Assembly (NCBI RefSeq): GCF_009914755.1
Contig: NC_060930.1
Source: the human T2T-CHM13v2.0 reference genome, Homo sapiens
Reading direction: 5' to 3' (one strand)
DNA length: 64,000 nucleotides
In this document: positions 12,812 through 48,800 of the stretch, piece by piece
How the letters are laid out: each line of letters starts with the position of its first letter
Position numbering within the stretch: the first letter of the stretch is position 1
Translations under genes and position numbers: made by a program
Notes under the pieces: generated by a model
Database searches by the model: none
The model's input: only the letters and a program-made list of their open reading frames with translations
What the model was told of the DNA's origin: nothing

Positions 12812-13096
12812 GGTTGAGTTTTCCACAACTGTGTGAGTGGGTTCCTTGGGAACTTGGTAACTCTGCCTCCTGCACCTCCCTCTGAACCCACTTCCCAACC
12901 CACTTCCCATCTTCCTTTTTTCCTGCCTCCTCATTCCATTTCCCATCACCTGTTTTGCCCAGCATTGTGTTCTGTTTCTGGATAATCCAGGCCTTTGCCT
13001 GTGGGACCTCAGGAGATGCATGAATGTCTGAGTGCATGAACCTTCTCAACTCAGAGGGGTGCTCTGGTGGAGGCCTGGAAGGAATGCAGTCAGGCC

Positions 13097-13860
13097 AGGG
13101 GTGCTGAACCTTTTTTGTGCCATAAACCCCTTTGGCAGTCTGTAGAGGTCTACTGAGTCCTCCTCAGAATTAGGTTTTAAAACCTATAAAATGGACCAGG
13201 CATAGTGGCTCACCCCTGTAATCCCAGCACTTTGGGAGGCTGAGGTGGGTAGATCACTTGAGGCCAGGAGTTCGAGACCAACCTGGCCAACATAGCAAAA
13301 CCCCATCTCTACTAAAGATACAAAAATTAGCAGGGTGTGGTGGCATGCGCCTGTAATCTCAGCTATTCAGGAGGCTGAGGCAGGAGAATTGCTTAGAACC
13401 CGGGAGGTGGGGGTTGCAGTGAGCTGAGATCACACAACTGTGCTCCAGCCTGGGCAACAGAGTGAGACTGTCTCAAAAACAGAACAACAACAACAACAAA
13501 ACCCATAAAATGTATAGGATTACAAGGGAAACCAATGGAAACAGTTTACCAAAATGCTAAAAAATTATGAAACTAATGTGCTTCTTTTTCATGTATTTAA
13601 TAACAAGATCTAAAAACAGGTGTAATAAACTGACATTTTCCAAATACTAATGAGCATAAGCCATATTTGAGATTTCTACAACAGTCACAGTGAGACATAA
13701 AAGTAGCTGTGGTGTCAATTAGTGACAAGTCACAGGTACTGCTAATACTACTGGTGGTTTTACCCATATTCATAATTGGAGGAAATGCTAAACTTCTATT
13801 AGAGGTTAGTAAAAGGTGTAATTTCTTTTTCTTGCCCAAATTCTAGAACCCATCTGGCTC
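13097..13860. mobile_element. Old hAT-type DNA transposon remnant (MER119-like) interrupted by an Alu at about 13193-13500
   Basis: Starts caggggtgctgaacc... The Alu is flanked by an aaaacc(t/c)ataaaatg duplication. Family name is from memory. Confidence 0.5.
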
Positions 13861-14072
13861 CCCAGGGTCTGGAAATCCCAGGGGAGAATCCCTGGGTTAT
13901 GCTGATCAAGTGTGCAAATGCCCCACTGGGGGTAGGGGATAGGTTGTTGGAATGGAAACCAGAACCAGAAACCAGAATCAAGAGCCTCAGTTATCTCAGA
14001 GGCTTGGAAGGATGAGCTGCAACCACCAAGAGAACAATTAAAGGGTTCAAATTTGGTTGGAAAGAAAAAATC

Positions 14073-20485
<6,413 letters not shown>

Positions 20486-20519
20486 TGGAGTGTGTATTAT
20501 CCCAATTTTACGGGGAGTA

Positions 20520-21069
20520 ATTGTGCTCACTCGGCTCACCACCAAGTCGCCATAGCGCGCCTCCGCAAGGAAGCCCTCCAGGCACTTCTACTTTCCCGGA
20601 CCCGCCTCCCGCTCCAGCCGGTTACACGCGCCGTTAGCAGCGTGGGCGGAGTTGGTTCTGCCTTCGCGGAACCAACTGGTCCAGCTTCTGGTGTCTCCCC
20701 TCGCTCAATTAAAAGCCAGCTCCTCTCCTTTCGGCTTCCCCACGGTGCCTTTCGGGATTTGTAGTCAGACGCGCTTCAGCCGGCTCTAAGGAGAGCAAAG
20801 GCAAGACTCCAATTCCCAGCATCCCCCGCGCCCGGAGAGTGCAGCGTCTATTCTCATCCTCTTCACTTTTCCACTCCTCCCCTTACCTCCCTTCTCTTCT
20901 GAATTCTCCATTCTGGGCTCTTTCCTGTGAAATCTTTCTTTGCTTTCCCCATCTTTTCCTCGCATTTTTTCACCATCTTTCCCTCAATCTCCAGGAGCCA
21001 ATGCGAGACTTTGGCTCCGATTAAGCGACGGCCCGAGACTTGGGGTGCGCGAGGAGGATCGACAGAGTG
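20520..21069 (+). promoter_or_regulatory. GTF2H4 CpG-rich promoter and non-coding exon 1 (donor after 21069)
   Basis: CpG-rich. ZNF143/THAP11-type motifs at 20753-20766 (GACTACAAATCCCG on -) and 20806-20826 (ACTCCAATTCCCAGCATCCCC on +). GTG|GTGAG donor. Confidence 0.75.
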
Positions 21070-21669
21070 GTGAGGGGACCTAGGAGGGCGGGAGTGGCAG
21101 AGGTATGAGAGAGAGAGAGGTGAGTGAGAGGCGAAGAGTGAGAGGAAGGCAGGGAGAAGCTAGGAGATCGGAAGGCGTGGGTCAGGGTGAATGACGTGAA
21201 GTAGACTTGGGAAGGGAAAAGAGGTGGCTTTAGATTTGGGAAGCATGGAGGGGAGAGGTTACCGCCGTACTTAGCAGAAGTGGGCTAAGAGATAGAAGAT
21301 AGGAAGGACGGGCAGATTTGGAGCTTATAGACTGGTCTGACCAGGATGGGATGGAAGAGAGAGGTGTGGGCTCAATTTTCTTTGTCCCTGTTTAGCCAAA
21401 GATGAGACAAGTCATTGAAATACAAAATGATCTTGCAAACACTGGACAGTTAACAATTCTGTCACTTGGTAATTGAAGGAAGACTGGAGTTGAAGGGCAG
21501 AAATAGGGTGAGGAGGCAAGAAAGGGAGGGAGATTGGTCAGGTTTGGGAGAAACCAGAGGAGATGAGTGACATGGGAAAGGAGACCACAGAAAAGGTGGG
21601 GTTATTGTGGGGACTGATGGATCTGGAATCAGTTAGAAAGGTCAGGGGTGACACTGGCATGGATGGTGA

Positions 21670-27300
<5,631 letters not shown>

Positions 27301-27397
27301 TGGCGCTGTCTGTCGATACCATGCACTCTAGCTCTCAAGGAGGAAAGGTTTTGTGGAAGGGAATAGAGACTTGGAATAACAGACCTGTGCTAATTAG

Positions 27398-38889
<11,492 letters not shown>

Positions 38890-39734
38890 CTCATCATCCC
38901 CATCAGTTTTCCTCCCTCTCAGACCTGTCTTTGAGGACAAACAGATTTGTCAGCTGTCAGGGTGCAGTGGGACGTCAGAGACTATGTGGTCCATCGCCTT
39001 CATTGTGTAAATGAGGACACAGACTGGCTTGGTCGCAGTGACTGTGGTGTCCTTGAGATGCTCACATTACTGCCCGGCCTGCCTCCCACCTGGAAGTCTG
39101 GGAATGAGGAGATTGAGATAAACTTTTGAAATCCCAAACATGTCTGTTTATGGCTCTTTGGTCCCCTTTGCTCCCAGTGGTGACTTTTGTGCTTCTGAGT
39201 TGTCCCCTGAGAGCTTGGTCTGGGAAAAGAGGAGGAGGGGTCCTCGCTGGAGGAAGAGGAACTTTCTAGTCATGGGTAGGGTATGGGCACAGTGGTTCCG
39301 GTTCTACCTACTTTCTGGACTAACTGACAGTGCCCTGGCTTTTGCAGGCTCTTTCTCCTCCACTTCTCACTAAATGGAAGCTTCCCCGCTCCTTGGCTGT
39401 ATCCCTAGAGGTGCTGAGAGAAGTAGGACTTCCTCCAGACCTGATGGGCTGCAGGCTGTGCTGCAGATGGTGTGCCCCCACCTTCTGTGCTCTGACACCT
39501 GAGTGCCCAGCCTCTGAGTTACACATTCACAGCACAGCCAGCCACCTTACCCACGCCAAACACCATCTCATCTCCATGGAATTCAAGGGCCTGGCCCTTC
39601 CACGCCCAGAGTACATTCTGTCCAGCAGCTCTGAGTAGCCTGTCCTGGGCTGGGTCCTCTATGGTGCTAGATGTACAATGCCATTTAATCCTACTGAAAA
39701 CCTCATGAGGCGGGTGTTAGCTCCATTTTGGAGA

Positions 39735-40359
39735 TTTTTATTTTTACTTTATTTTTGGGACAGGGTCTCGCTCTGTTGCTCAGGCTGGAGTGCAGTGGCA
39801 TAATCATGGCTCACTGTAGCCTCAACCTCCAGGGCTCTAGTGATCCTCCTGCCTCAGACTTCTGAGTAGCTGGGACCACAGGTGTGCACCACTGTGCCCT
39901 GCTACTTTTTTTTTTTTTTTTTTTTTGGAAACGGAGTCTTGCTTTGTCACCTAGGCTGGAGTGCACTGGTGAGATCTTGGCTCACTGCAACCTCTACCTC
40001 TCTGGTACAAGTGATTCTCCTGCCTTAGCCTCTTGAGTAGCTGGGATTACAGTTGTCTGTCACCACGCCCAGCTAAATTTTTTTTGTATTTTTAGTAGAG
40101 ACAAGGTTTCACCATGTTGGCCAGGCTGGTTTTGAACTCCTGACCTCAAGTGATCTGCCTGCCTCGGCCTCCCAAAATGCTTGGATTACAGGCATGAGCC
40201 ACCATGCCCAGCCCTGCCCTGCTAATTTTTAAAATTGTTCTGTAGAGATAGGGTTTTGCCATGTTGGCCAGGGTGGTCTTGAACTTCTGGGCTCAAATAA
40301 TCCACCTGCCTTGGCCTCCCAAGGTGTTGGGATTACAAGCATAAGCCACTGCGCCCAGC
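39735..40359 (-). mobile_element. Nested Alus (younger Alu inserted into an AluJ)
   Basis: Outer Alu split at its linker, gccctgcta duplicated. Confidence 0.8.
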
Positions 40360-41221
40360 CCCCATTTTGGAGATGAAGACGTGTGCTCAGAGAAAAGTCT
40401 CCACTGGGACCTAACCCAATAAATTAGGTGCAGGCTCTTTCTGGCTGCTGTAACTAAACTTCAAATATAATGGTGGCTTAGATGAGGTGGATGTTTCTTC
40501 TGCTGGGCATAAGTAGTGCAGAGATCTGCAATAATGGGAGCCCACACCTCCTTCAATCTTATTTTCCTGCCATTCTGATGTATTGTCAAACTTCATGTCC
40601 AAGGTCTGCACCAGCTCCCATCACCGTGTCTGCATTTCCACCCAGAGGGAGGAGGGAAAGAAGGGGATGGGCAGTTTTCTTTTTCTTTTTACTCTGTTTC
40701 AGCAAGGTGTTTTTTTTTTTTTTTTTGAGCACCTGCTATGGATGGGCTGGGCCTTATTCTGGACACTTAGATTCATCAGTGAGTGAAACAAAATTCTGTG
40801 CCCTTGTAGTACTTTCCTTCTAGCAGGACAGTCAGAAATAACATACAAATGAGTGAACGATATACTATGTTTGAATGTCGTGAATGCAGGGGAGGGAAAA
40901 AGGATAGAACAAGGTAAGGGGACTCTAATGTGTTTGTGTGGTGGGGGGCAGGTTGTACTTTTAAATAGTGGGTCAGGGCAGAACTCACTGTAAAGGTGAG
41001 GTTTAAGCAAAGGCTTGTAGGAGGTATAGGAAGAGCATTCCAGACAAAGGGAAGGGCCAGAGGAAAACAGATAGAGGCATGGTCAGACAGCTCGAGGAGT
41101 AGCCTGGAGACCAGTGTGGTGGGGCAGAGTGAGAAGGGGAGGATGGTGGGAGGTGGAGAAACAGAGGTGAGGGTGGGGAATTGGTGGGGGGTAGGGAAGA
41201 CTCAAGGCGGACAATCTGGGG

Positions 41222-41409
41222 CTTGTGTCCAAAATGGTAGCCAGTTGGCTACCTAAAGCATTAAATAAAATAAAAACGTTCAGTTTCTTAGTCGTACTTG
41301 CCATATTTCAAGTGTTTTGGTAGTTGCATGTGGCCAGTGGCTACTATGTTCGTCAGCACGGTTATAAAACATTTCCATCATCACAGAAAGTTCTATTGGA
41401 AAGCACTGA
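41222..41409. mobile_element. MER3/MER33-like DNA transposon fragment
   Basis: catttccatcatcacagaaagttctattgga terminal signature. Confidence 0.65.
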
Positions 41410-42273
41410 TCTAAGACCTTATAGGCTGTTTCAAGAACTTTGCTTTTCCTCCTCTGAAATGGAAGCTCCTTTCTTTTCAAGGATACTACCAGAAAGTTGC
41501 CCACCTCCTTTCTACTTGCATCCTATTGGACAGAACGTGATCACATGGCCACAGCTAGCTGCAAGGGAGGCTGGGAAATGTAATGATCCACATGCTGAGT
41601 TGAAATCTACATGACTATCCAAAAGGAGGAGGATGGCTGTTAGGGGGGCCAGTTAGCAGTCTCTGCCACCCCCAGGTCTGGTGAACCCCAAAGCACTCTT
41701 CACTGCACTGCTCTGTTTTGAGCCTTGGGAGACAATTCTTTGAGAAAAATAATCTGGAAATCACATCCTGGTGATCTCAGGCCCTGAAGTCTAGGAACCA
41801 GGTTGAGGTGCATTTAGCTGTCTGCTCTACCAACCTCTTGGACATTCAGATATCCAGTCCCCCAACTTGTTTGGGGATCCTCACAGCTGCCCCATGGGCG
41901 TCACCTGCCCACTACTGCAGGCTAGGGGCAAGTCATAAAATACTAGTCTCCTTTGGAGCCCCCTGCTACCTCTCCTTGGGGGCTAATTGTCCCAGGACAG
42001 TTGTGAAGGAAGGTAGACCAATTTTTTAAGTGTTTTTTTTCCACCCTGCCATTTTCTATGCTCCCCTCATCTTCAGTGATGCTCCATACTGAACTCTTGT
42101 TGTCTTCTGTCTCCAAAGGAGTCAGTCTCCAATTTCATATGGAGATAATGGAGGGTTGTGTAGGTGTGGGGGGCAGAGTGGGTACCACAGAGGACAGAGA
42201 GCAATCCTATCAGTACCCCCCACTGCTCAAGTCTGAGCTGCAAGTTTGTGTTTTGAGAGCTGGTGAGAAGTCA

Positions 42274-42574
42274 ATTTTTTTTTTTTTTTTTTTTTTGAGA
42301 CAGAGTCTTGCTCTGTAGTCCAGGCTGGAGTGCATGGTCTTGGCTCACTACAGCCTCTGCTTCCCAGGTTCAAGCAATTCTGCCTCAGCTCCCCGAAGTA
42401 GCTGGGACTACAGGCACATGCCACCATGTCCAGCTAATTTTTGTGTTTTTAGTAGAGATGGCGTTTCACCATGTTGGCCAGGCTGGTCTTGAACTCCTGA
42501 CCTCAGGTGATCCACCTGACTTGGCCTCCCAAAGTGCTGGGATTACAGGCGTGAGTGAGCCACTGCGCCTGGCC
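42274..42574 (-). mobile_element. Alu
   Basis: Antisense Alu consensus with poly-T. Confidence 0.9.
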
Positions 42575-42786
42575 AAGATAATCTTGAGAAGGTGGTCAGG
42601 AGTGCCTGCCTCAGAAATCAGCATAAGGAGGACCCTGAACCCCAGGGGACTAGGAGTTATATGTTGGGACCAGGTTTCCATCCTAACAGCAATCCCTACC
42701 ATCCTGCCGACGACCTATAAGACAGGCTGTGATATGTCCCTAAGTAGCTTCCCTGTGTGATCCTCACAACAACCTGATGGTGCAGG

Positions 42787-43212
42787 AATAATGAGAAAAA
42801 CTCAGAATTGTGTAAAAACAAAACAAAACAACAACAACAAAAACCTTCCCCCAAACTGGGAGGGAGCTGAGAGGCCAAAAAGTGACTCAGACAAGTCCAG
42901 CTTGGTGAGTAGATGAGTTTTTTAGGACTTACATACAAGGCACTCCTGGATGGCAGCAGGACAGCTTTAGAGATCCGTGCTGCCTCCCATGCTAAAGCTG
43001 CTTTCAAGCTAATTTTCTGACTCTGCCGACTGTGTGTGTGCGAATGGACTGTTTTCCTTGGTGGGTTCCCAGATACTCTCCGGGATGTTTGGGTTCTCAG
43101 GGACACCTGCTCCTCGGCCAGGCACCGTGACCTTGGCTCGCCACCTGGCCTTCAGGATTCAGGCAGTGGCATACACCGTTAAGTAACCTGGTAGGGGACC
43201 TGTCACACTACA
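42787..43212 (-). mobile_element. Solo LTR, ERVL-type (LTR47-like)
   Basis: Minus strand begins TGTAGTGTGACAGGTCCCC. 5-bp direct repeat GCAGG at 42782-42786 and 43213-43217. Subfamily is from memory. Confidence 0.65.
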
Positions 43213-44036
43213 GCAGGTACCATCATTGTTCCCATTTTGCGAGTGAAGAAATGGAGGCTCCAAGAGGATAAGAAACATGCCCAGGAATTCACATGTGGGC
43301 TGGTGTCACCTCATACTCACATGGTTAACCAGGACAGGCTCAGCTTGCACCTGGCCTCTCCTCCCCAGCACTTGCGCCTGGCTGGGCATCCTCTCACAAG
43401 CTGAACCCGTCATCTCTCACCTGAGTGCCCACCCACCTCCCACCCCAATTACCTGTGTGGATCCATGGGCCAGGGGAACCATGTCCTGGGGGTGTTCTGC
43501 CTATGTCTCTTTCTTTGGTTTTTGAGCCCCTGGCCCCAATGCTTAAGCAAAGGGAAATGAAATAAAAATCTTGCTTAAACCAAGACCTCTGTCTAGTGCC
43601 TGACTTCTCCACTGCTATTAGATCTCAGGTGAGTGACTTGCCCTCTCTGAGCTTCAATTTCCTTATCTGTAAAATAGGATAATGATACCTAGTATGCCAC
43701 ATTCAAGACTGCTGCAAGCATCGAAATAGGGATGCAGGAGAAAAGCAGGACTTCAATAAATGTTGCTTCTCTTTATTCCCAGGTGTTCCAAAGATCTCAA
43801 TTTGGTGTGTGTTCCTATGCATGCGTATATGTGTGTGGTGTGTGTGTCCCCAAACAACTCCCCAGATGCCTTGTAGGCCTGTGACACTGGTGTTGAGGGA
43901 GACATTGTCCATCCCTGGAACCCTCTGCTCAACAGGGGGACAGTCAGAGACTTGAGCATCCAATCCCCACTTCCTGCCAGCTCTGTGCTCAGGGACCCAC
44001 AGAGTCAAGCAAGTTATTGAATTCAGCATACCGAAT

Positions 44037-44046
44037 TTTATTTATT
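44037..44046 (-). terminator. SFTA2 overlapping AATAAA signals
   Basis: tttatttatt on + gives two AATAAA on -, about 105 nt after the stop. Confidence 0.85.
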
Positions 44047-44151
44047 GCCACTCAGGAGGGTGGGGGCCTGCTGAAAGACAGGGTCGGGGCCTGCCTCCTG
44101 CATCCCCGGCCCAAAAGCCTGGGCCAAGAAGGACACAGGCTTCAATGGCTG

Positions 44152-44841
<690 letters not shown>

Positions 44842-45270
44842 TCAAGCCTTAGCATAAGTGTTTGAGGGGAAATGGGAGGAGGAATCTGGTCAACTGGATT
44901 TTCCAGTTCTCCCAGTAAGAGAGGACCCAGGAGAGGACCATTCACTGTGCTTTTGGGGAAAATAGAAGGAAGTCCCCTCTCTTCCACTCTGTGTCCCACC
45001 CCTCCCTTGTGTCTCCAGGTTTGAGGGAGTGAGTGCGGGTCCTACAGACAGGGAAATGGAGAGGGAAGCGGGGACCAGGGAGGCGTCCCTCCTGCAGGTG
45101 TCTGGGCCCCCACCCATGCCCGGGCCTCCCAAGGATCTTTAGAGATTAATTATTAACTGCAGCTAATTTTCATCATTCTTGACACCGAAGGGCTCAGGAA
45201 TGTGGGCCCAAAAGGGAGGGGTGGATTAAGCCAAGTTTCTTCCAGAACCCAGGTGTCCTGCTCCCTCAGG

Positions 45271-45360
45271 TTTTTTTTTTTTTAAAGACTAGTCAAGTGC
45301 AGTAGTGAAAAGAGGAGAAGGAGTAGAACAAGGAGTTGGGTCTATAATGGACTGTGAACA
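45271..45360 (-). pseudogene. 5'-truncated processed Y1 RNA (RNY1) pseudogene
   Basis: The reverse complement matches the hY1 3' portion (...actccttgttctactc...cactactgcacttgactagtcttt). A-tail at 45271-45283, degenerate TSD ctgct...cag. Confidence 0.88.
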
Positions 45361-46091
45361 CTGCTTCCCCAGCCTTGGTGGCTTTCTAGATGAGAAATCT
45401 GGTCATGGGAACTTCCATTGCTGAACATTCTGTTTTACTTGCTCTAACGCATCCTGGATTGTCAGGGGGAGACACGAGTTTCCTCAGACATCCTCTCACT
45501 CCTGCCTTGTGCACCCATGAAAAGGGGACACCCACCTACTCCCGGCCGAGACGCCTACAGGCAAGCGCTGGGACAGGCAAGCACAGGACAGATGTGCAGA
45601 GGGAGTTACTGACCCTCTTTAGAAACTAGGAAAGTAAGGCACAGAGAGGGTAAGTGACCTGCTAAGGTCACCCAGCCAACAAGTAGCAGAGAGATTAGAA
45701 CCCATCCCTCTAGCCAGACAAAGAGACACACCAGCCATGGAAACTTGCTTGAACACACAAGGGCACAGGCCAGCATCTTCCTATCTGCCACTTCCCTATG
45801 CAGCCTCTCCACCTTCCCCAAAGCCAGCGGGACTGAGCACAGAGAGACAGAGGCAGAGAGAGCACTGGGCAGAGGTGGGGAGAGCAAAAGCAAGATGGGG
45901 AAACAGAGATAGAGGCCTGGTCTGCACTGTAAGTGTAAAGTGAGGCAACCAATGACTCCCAGACTTGCACAGGACAACAGGAAGACCACAGTGGGAAGAA
46001 AGCATGGAGGAGAAGAGCAGCAGGCACAGGAGGGACGAGCAGGAGGTAGAATTGGGAACACAGAGAGATCTTCCTCGGAGAAGAGTAAGGG

Positions 46092-46425
46092 CCCTCCCTC
46101 CCTCCCTCCCTCCCTCCCTCCCTTCCTCCCTCCCTTCCTCCCTCCCTCCCTCCTTTCCTTCCTTTTTTTTTTTTTTTTTTTTTGACAGCGTCTCATCCCT
46201 GTCGCCCAGGCTGGGGTGCAGTGGTGCAATCTTCTCCTGGCTCAGCCTCCCGAGTAGCTGGGATTACAGGCACCCGCCACCACAGCAGGCTAATTTTTGT
46301 ATTTTTAGTAGAGACAAGGTTTCACCATGTTGGCCAGGCTGGTCTCCAACTCCTCACCTCAGGTGATCCACCCCCTCGGCCTCCCTGAGTGATGGAATCA
46401 CAGGCGTGAGCCACCGCACCTGGCC
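46092..46425 (-). mobile_element. Alu with internal deletion and a (CCCT)n-extended tail
   Basis: Antisense Alu consensus preceded by a cctc repeat. Confidence 0.85.
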
Positions 46426-47496
46426 TCCCCCACACTTTCTACAGCCATGTGCTAGGCTCATCACTAAGTATTCCTTTATAGCGCATAAGCGCCTGTGAAG
46501 TAGGTACTAGATTACCCCGATTTTAGAGGTGAAATTAAGACTTAGGCCTTGTGACTTGCCAGAGAATGCACAGCTCAGCAGTGGTGGATTCCAGTGCAGT
46601 GGACTCAGCCCTGGTACTGAGCTTCTGAGGATTCAGGGCTGTCTGGCTCCAGAGCTGGGGTCTGACCTTCCATATCACACTGTCCCCAAACATGACACGT
46701 GTCTTCCTTGGTGCCCCTTATCTCCCCTTTCCCCTTCCCTGTCAAAGGAATGGAAAGCTCTGTCAGCTGCAGCCATCTAGGTGAGAGACGGCTCAGGTAT
46801 TGACCTTCCCAGCCCACCCTTAGGTTTCCAGAAGGTCAGATGCAGTCCTAGACCCTCATGGTTCCCCTACAACCCCAGCTTCCAAATCCTGCTTCCCTGA
46901 TGGACTCATACGTCCTGACTTCCAACGGTTGTACTTCTAGGAACAAGAGGATGACCTTGGGATAGGTCATTTGGGTCTCCCCTTTTAAAGGAGGGTCTGG
47001 GCTGTGAATTGACTCAGACCTGGGGGACAGGTCCCTAGTCCAGGAAGAGCCCAAGGGCCAGGTGGGGGAGCCTGCAGGCTCTTACTCACTCTCCCCCTCA
47101 CCCTGTGCTTCCTGGGATCAGGCTGGGACAGGTTAATCCCCTGGGACAACTTGGCGACCTCTCTCTGGGGATGGAGATTCTGGTGTTGGTGGAGGCCCCG
47201 GCACAACTGGCTCTCCCGGGACTCATAATAGGCCCCAGAGCCTTTAAAGAGCCTGGGAGATGGGCCTGGCCAACACACTTCAACTGGTGCCATGGACACT
47301 GTGCTGGTGCTGCTCCTGGGCCTGCAGGCCTTGGCCGGACCCAGTGAGCACTTGGGCCCAGACAGGGGGTCTTGAGGAAGGACATGAATTTGGGACCCAG
47401 TGGGATGGCCAACTCTTCTAACCCCGTTCTATGGTTTATCTTCTTTTTTCAACAGTTCAGCTGACCCTACTGGGGACTTCTGACACAGTATCCCCA

Positions 47497-47763
47497 GGTC
47501 TCCCCTGTCTCTGGAAGTCTCCCCACTGTCTCTGGAAGTCTCTCCTCTGTCTCTGGAGCTCTCCCCGGTTTCTGGAAGTCTCCCACTGTTTCTGGAAGTC
47601 TTCCCACTATCTCTGGAGGTTTCCCCACTGTTTCTGCAACTGTCCCCACTATTTCCAAAAGTTTCCCTACTGTCTCTGAAATCTTCCCTCTGTCTCTGGA
47701 GGTCTCCCCACTATCTCTGCAACTGTCCCCACTATCTCTAGAAGTCTCCCTACTGCCTCTGGG
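47497..47763 (+). repeat. 13-copy 21-bp tandem repeat (agtctccccactgtctctgga, SLPTVSG)
   Basis: Unit lengths parsed by eye: 19,21,21,19,20,21,21,21,21,20,21,21,21 bp. Confidence 0.9.
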
Positions 47764-48039
47764 AGTGTCTCAACAGTTTCTTCAAACTCTGGGAGTTTTC
47801 CCAGCAGTCCTCAGTCTTTAGCTCCAGCCGTTTCTGGGAGCACTTCAGGAACAGTCTCCACATCATCAGGTGATATTTCTGTTGCTCAACCCATCTCGGG
47901 AGAACCCTTCAGCTCGGTCTGTAGCTCTGGGGTGGGGCTTCCTGCAAGCCTGGCAGTTTTCCAGAACCTCAGTGGAAGCAGCTCCCTTGCCTTTGTGGCT
48001 ATACAAGGGCCTCTCTTTCTGTTTTCCAATTCATCACCT

Positions 48040-48800
<761 letters not shown>

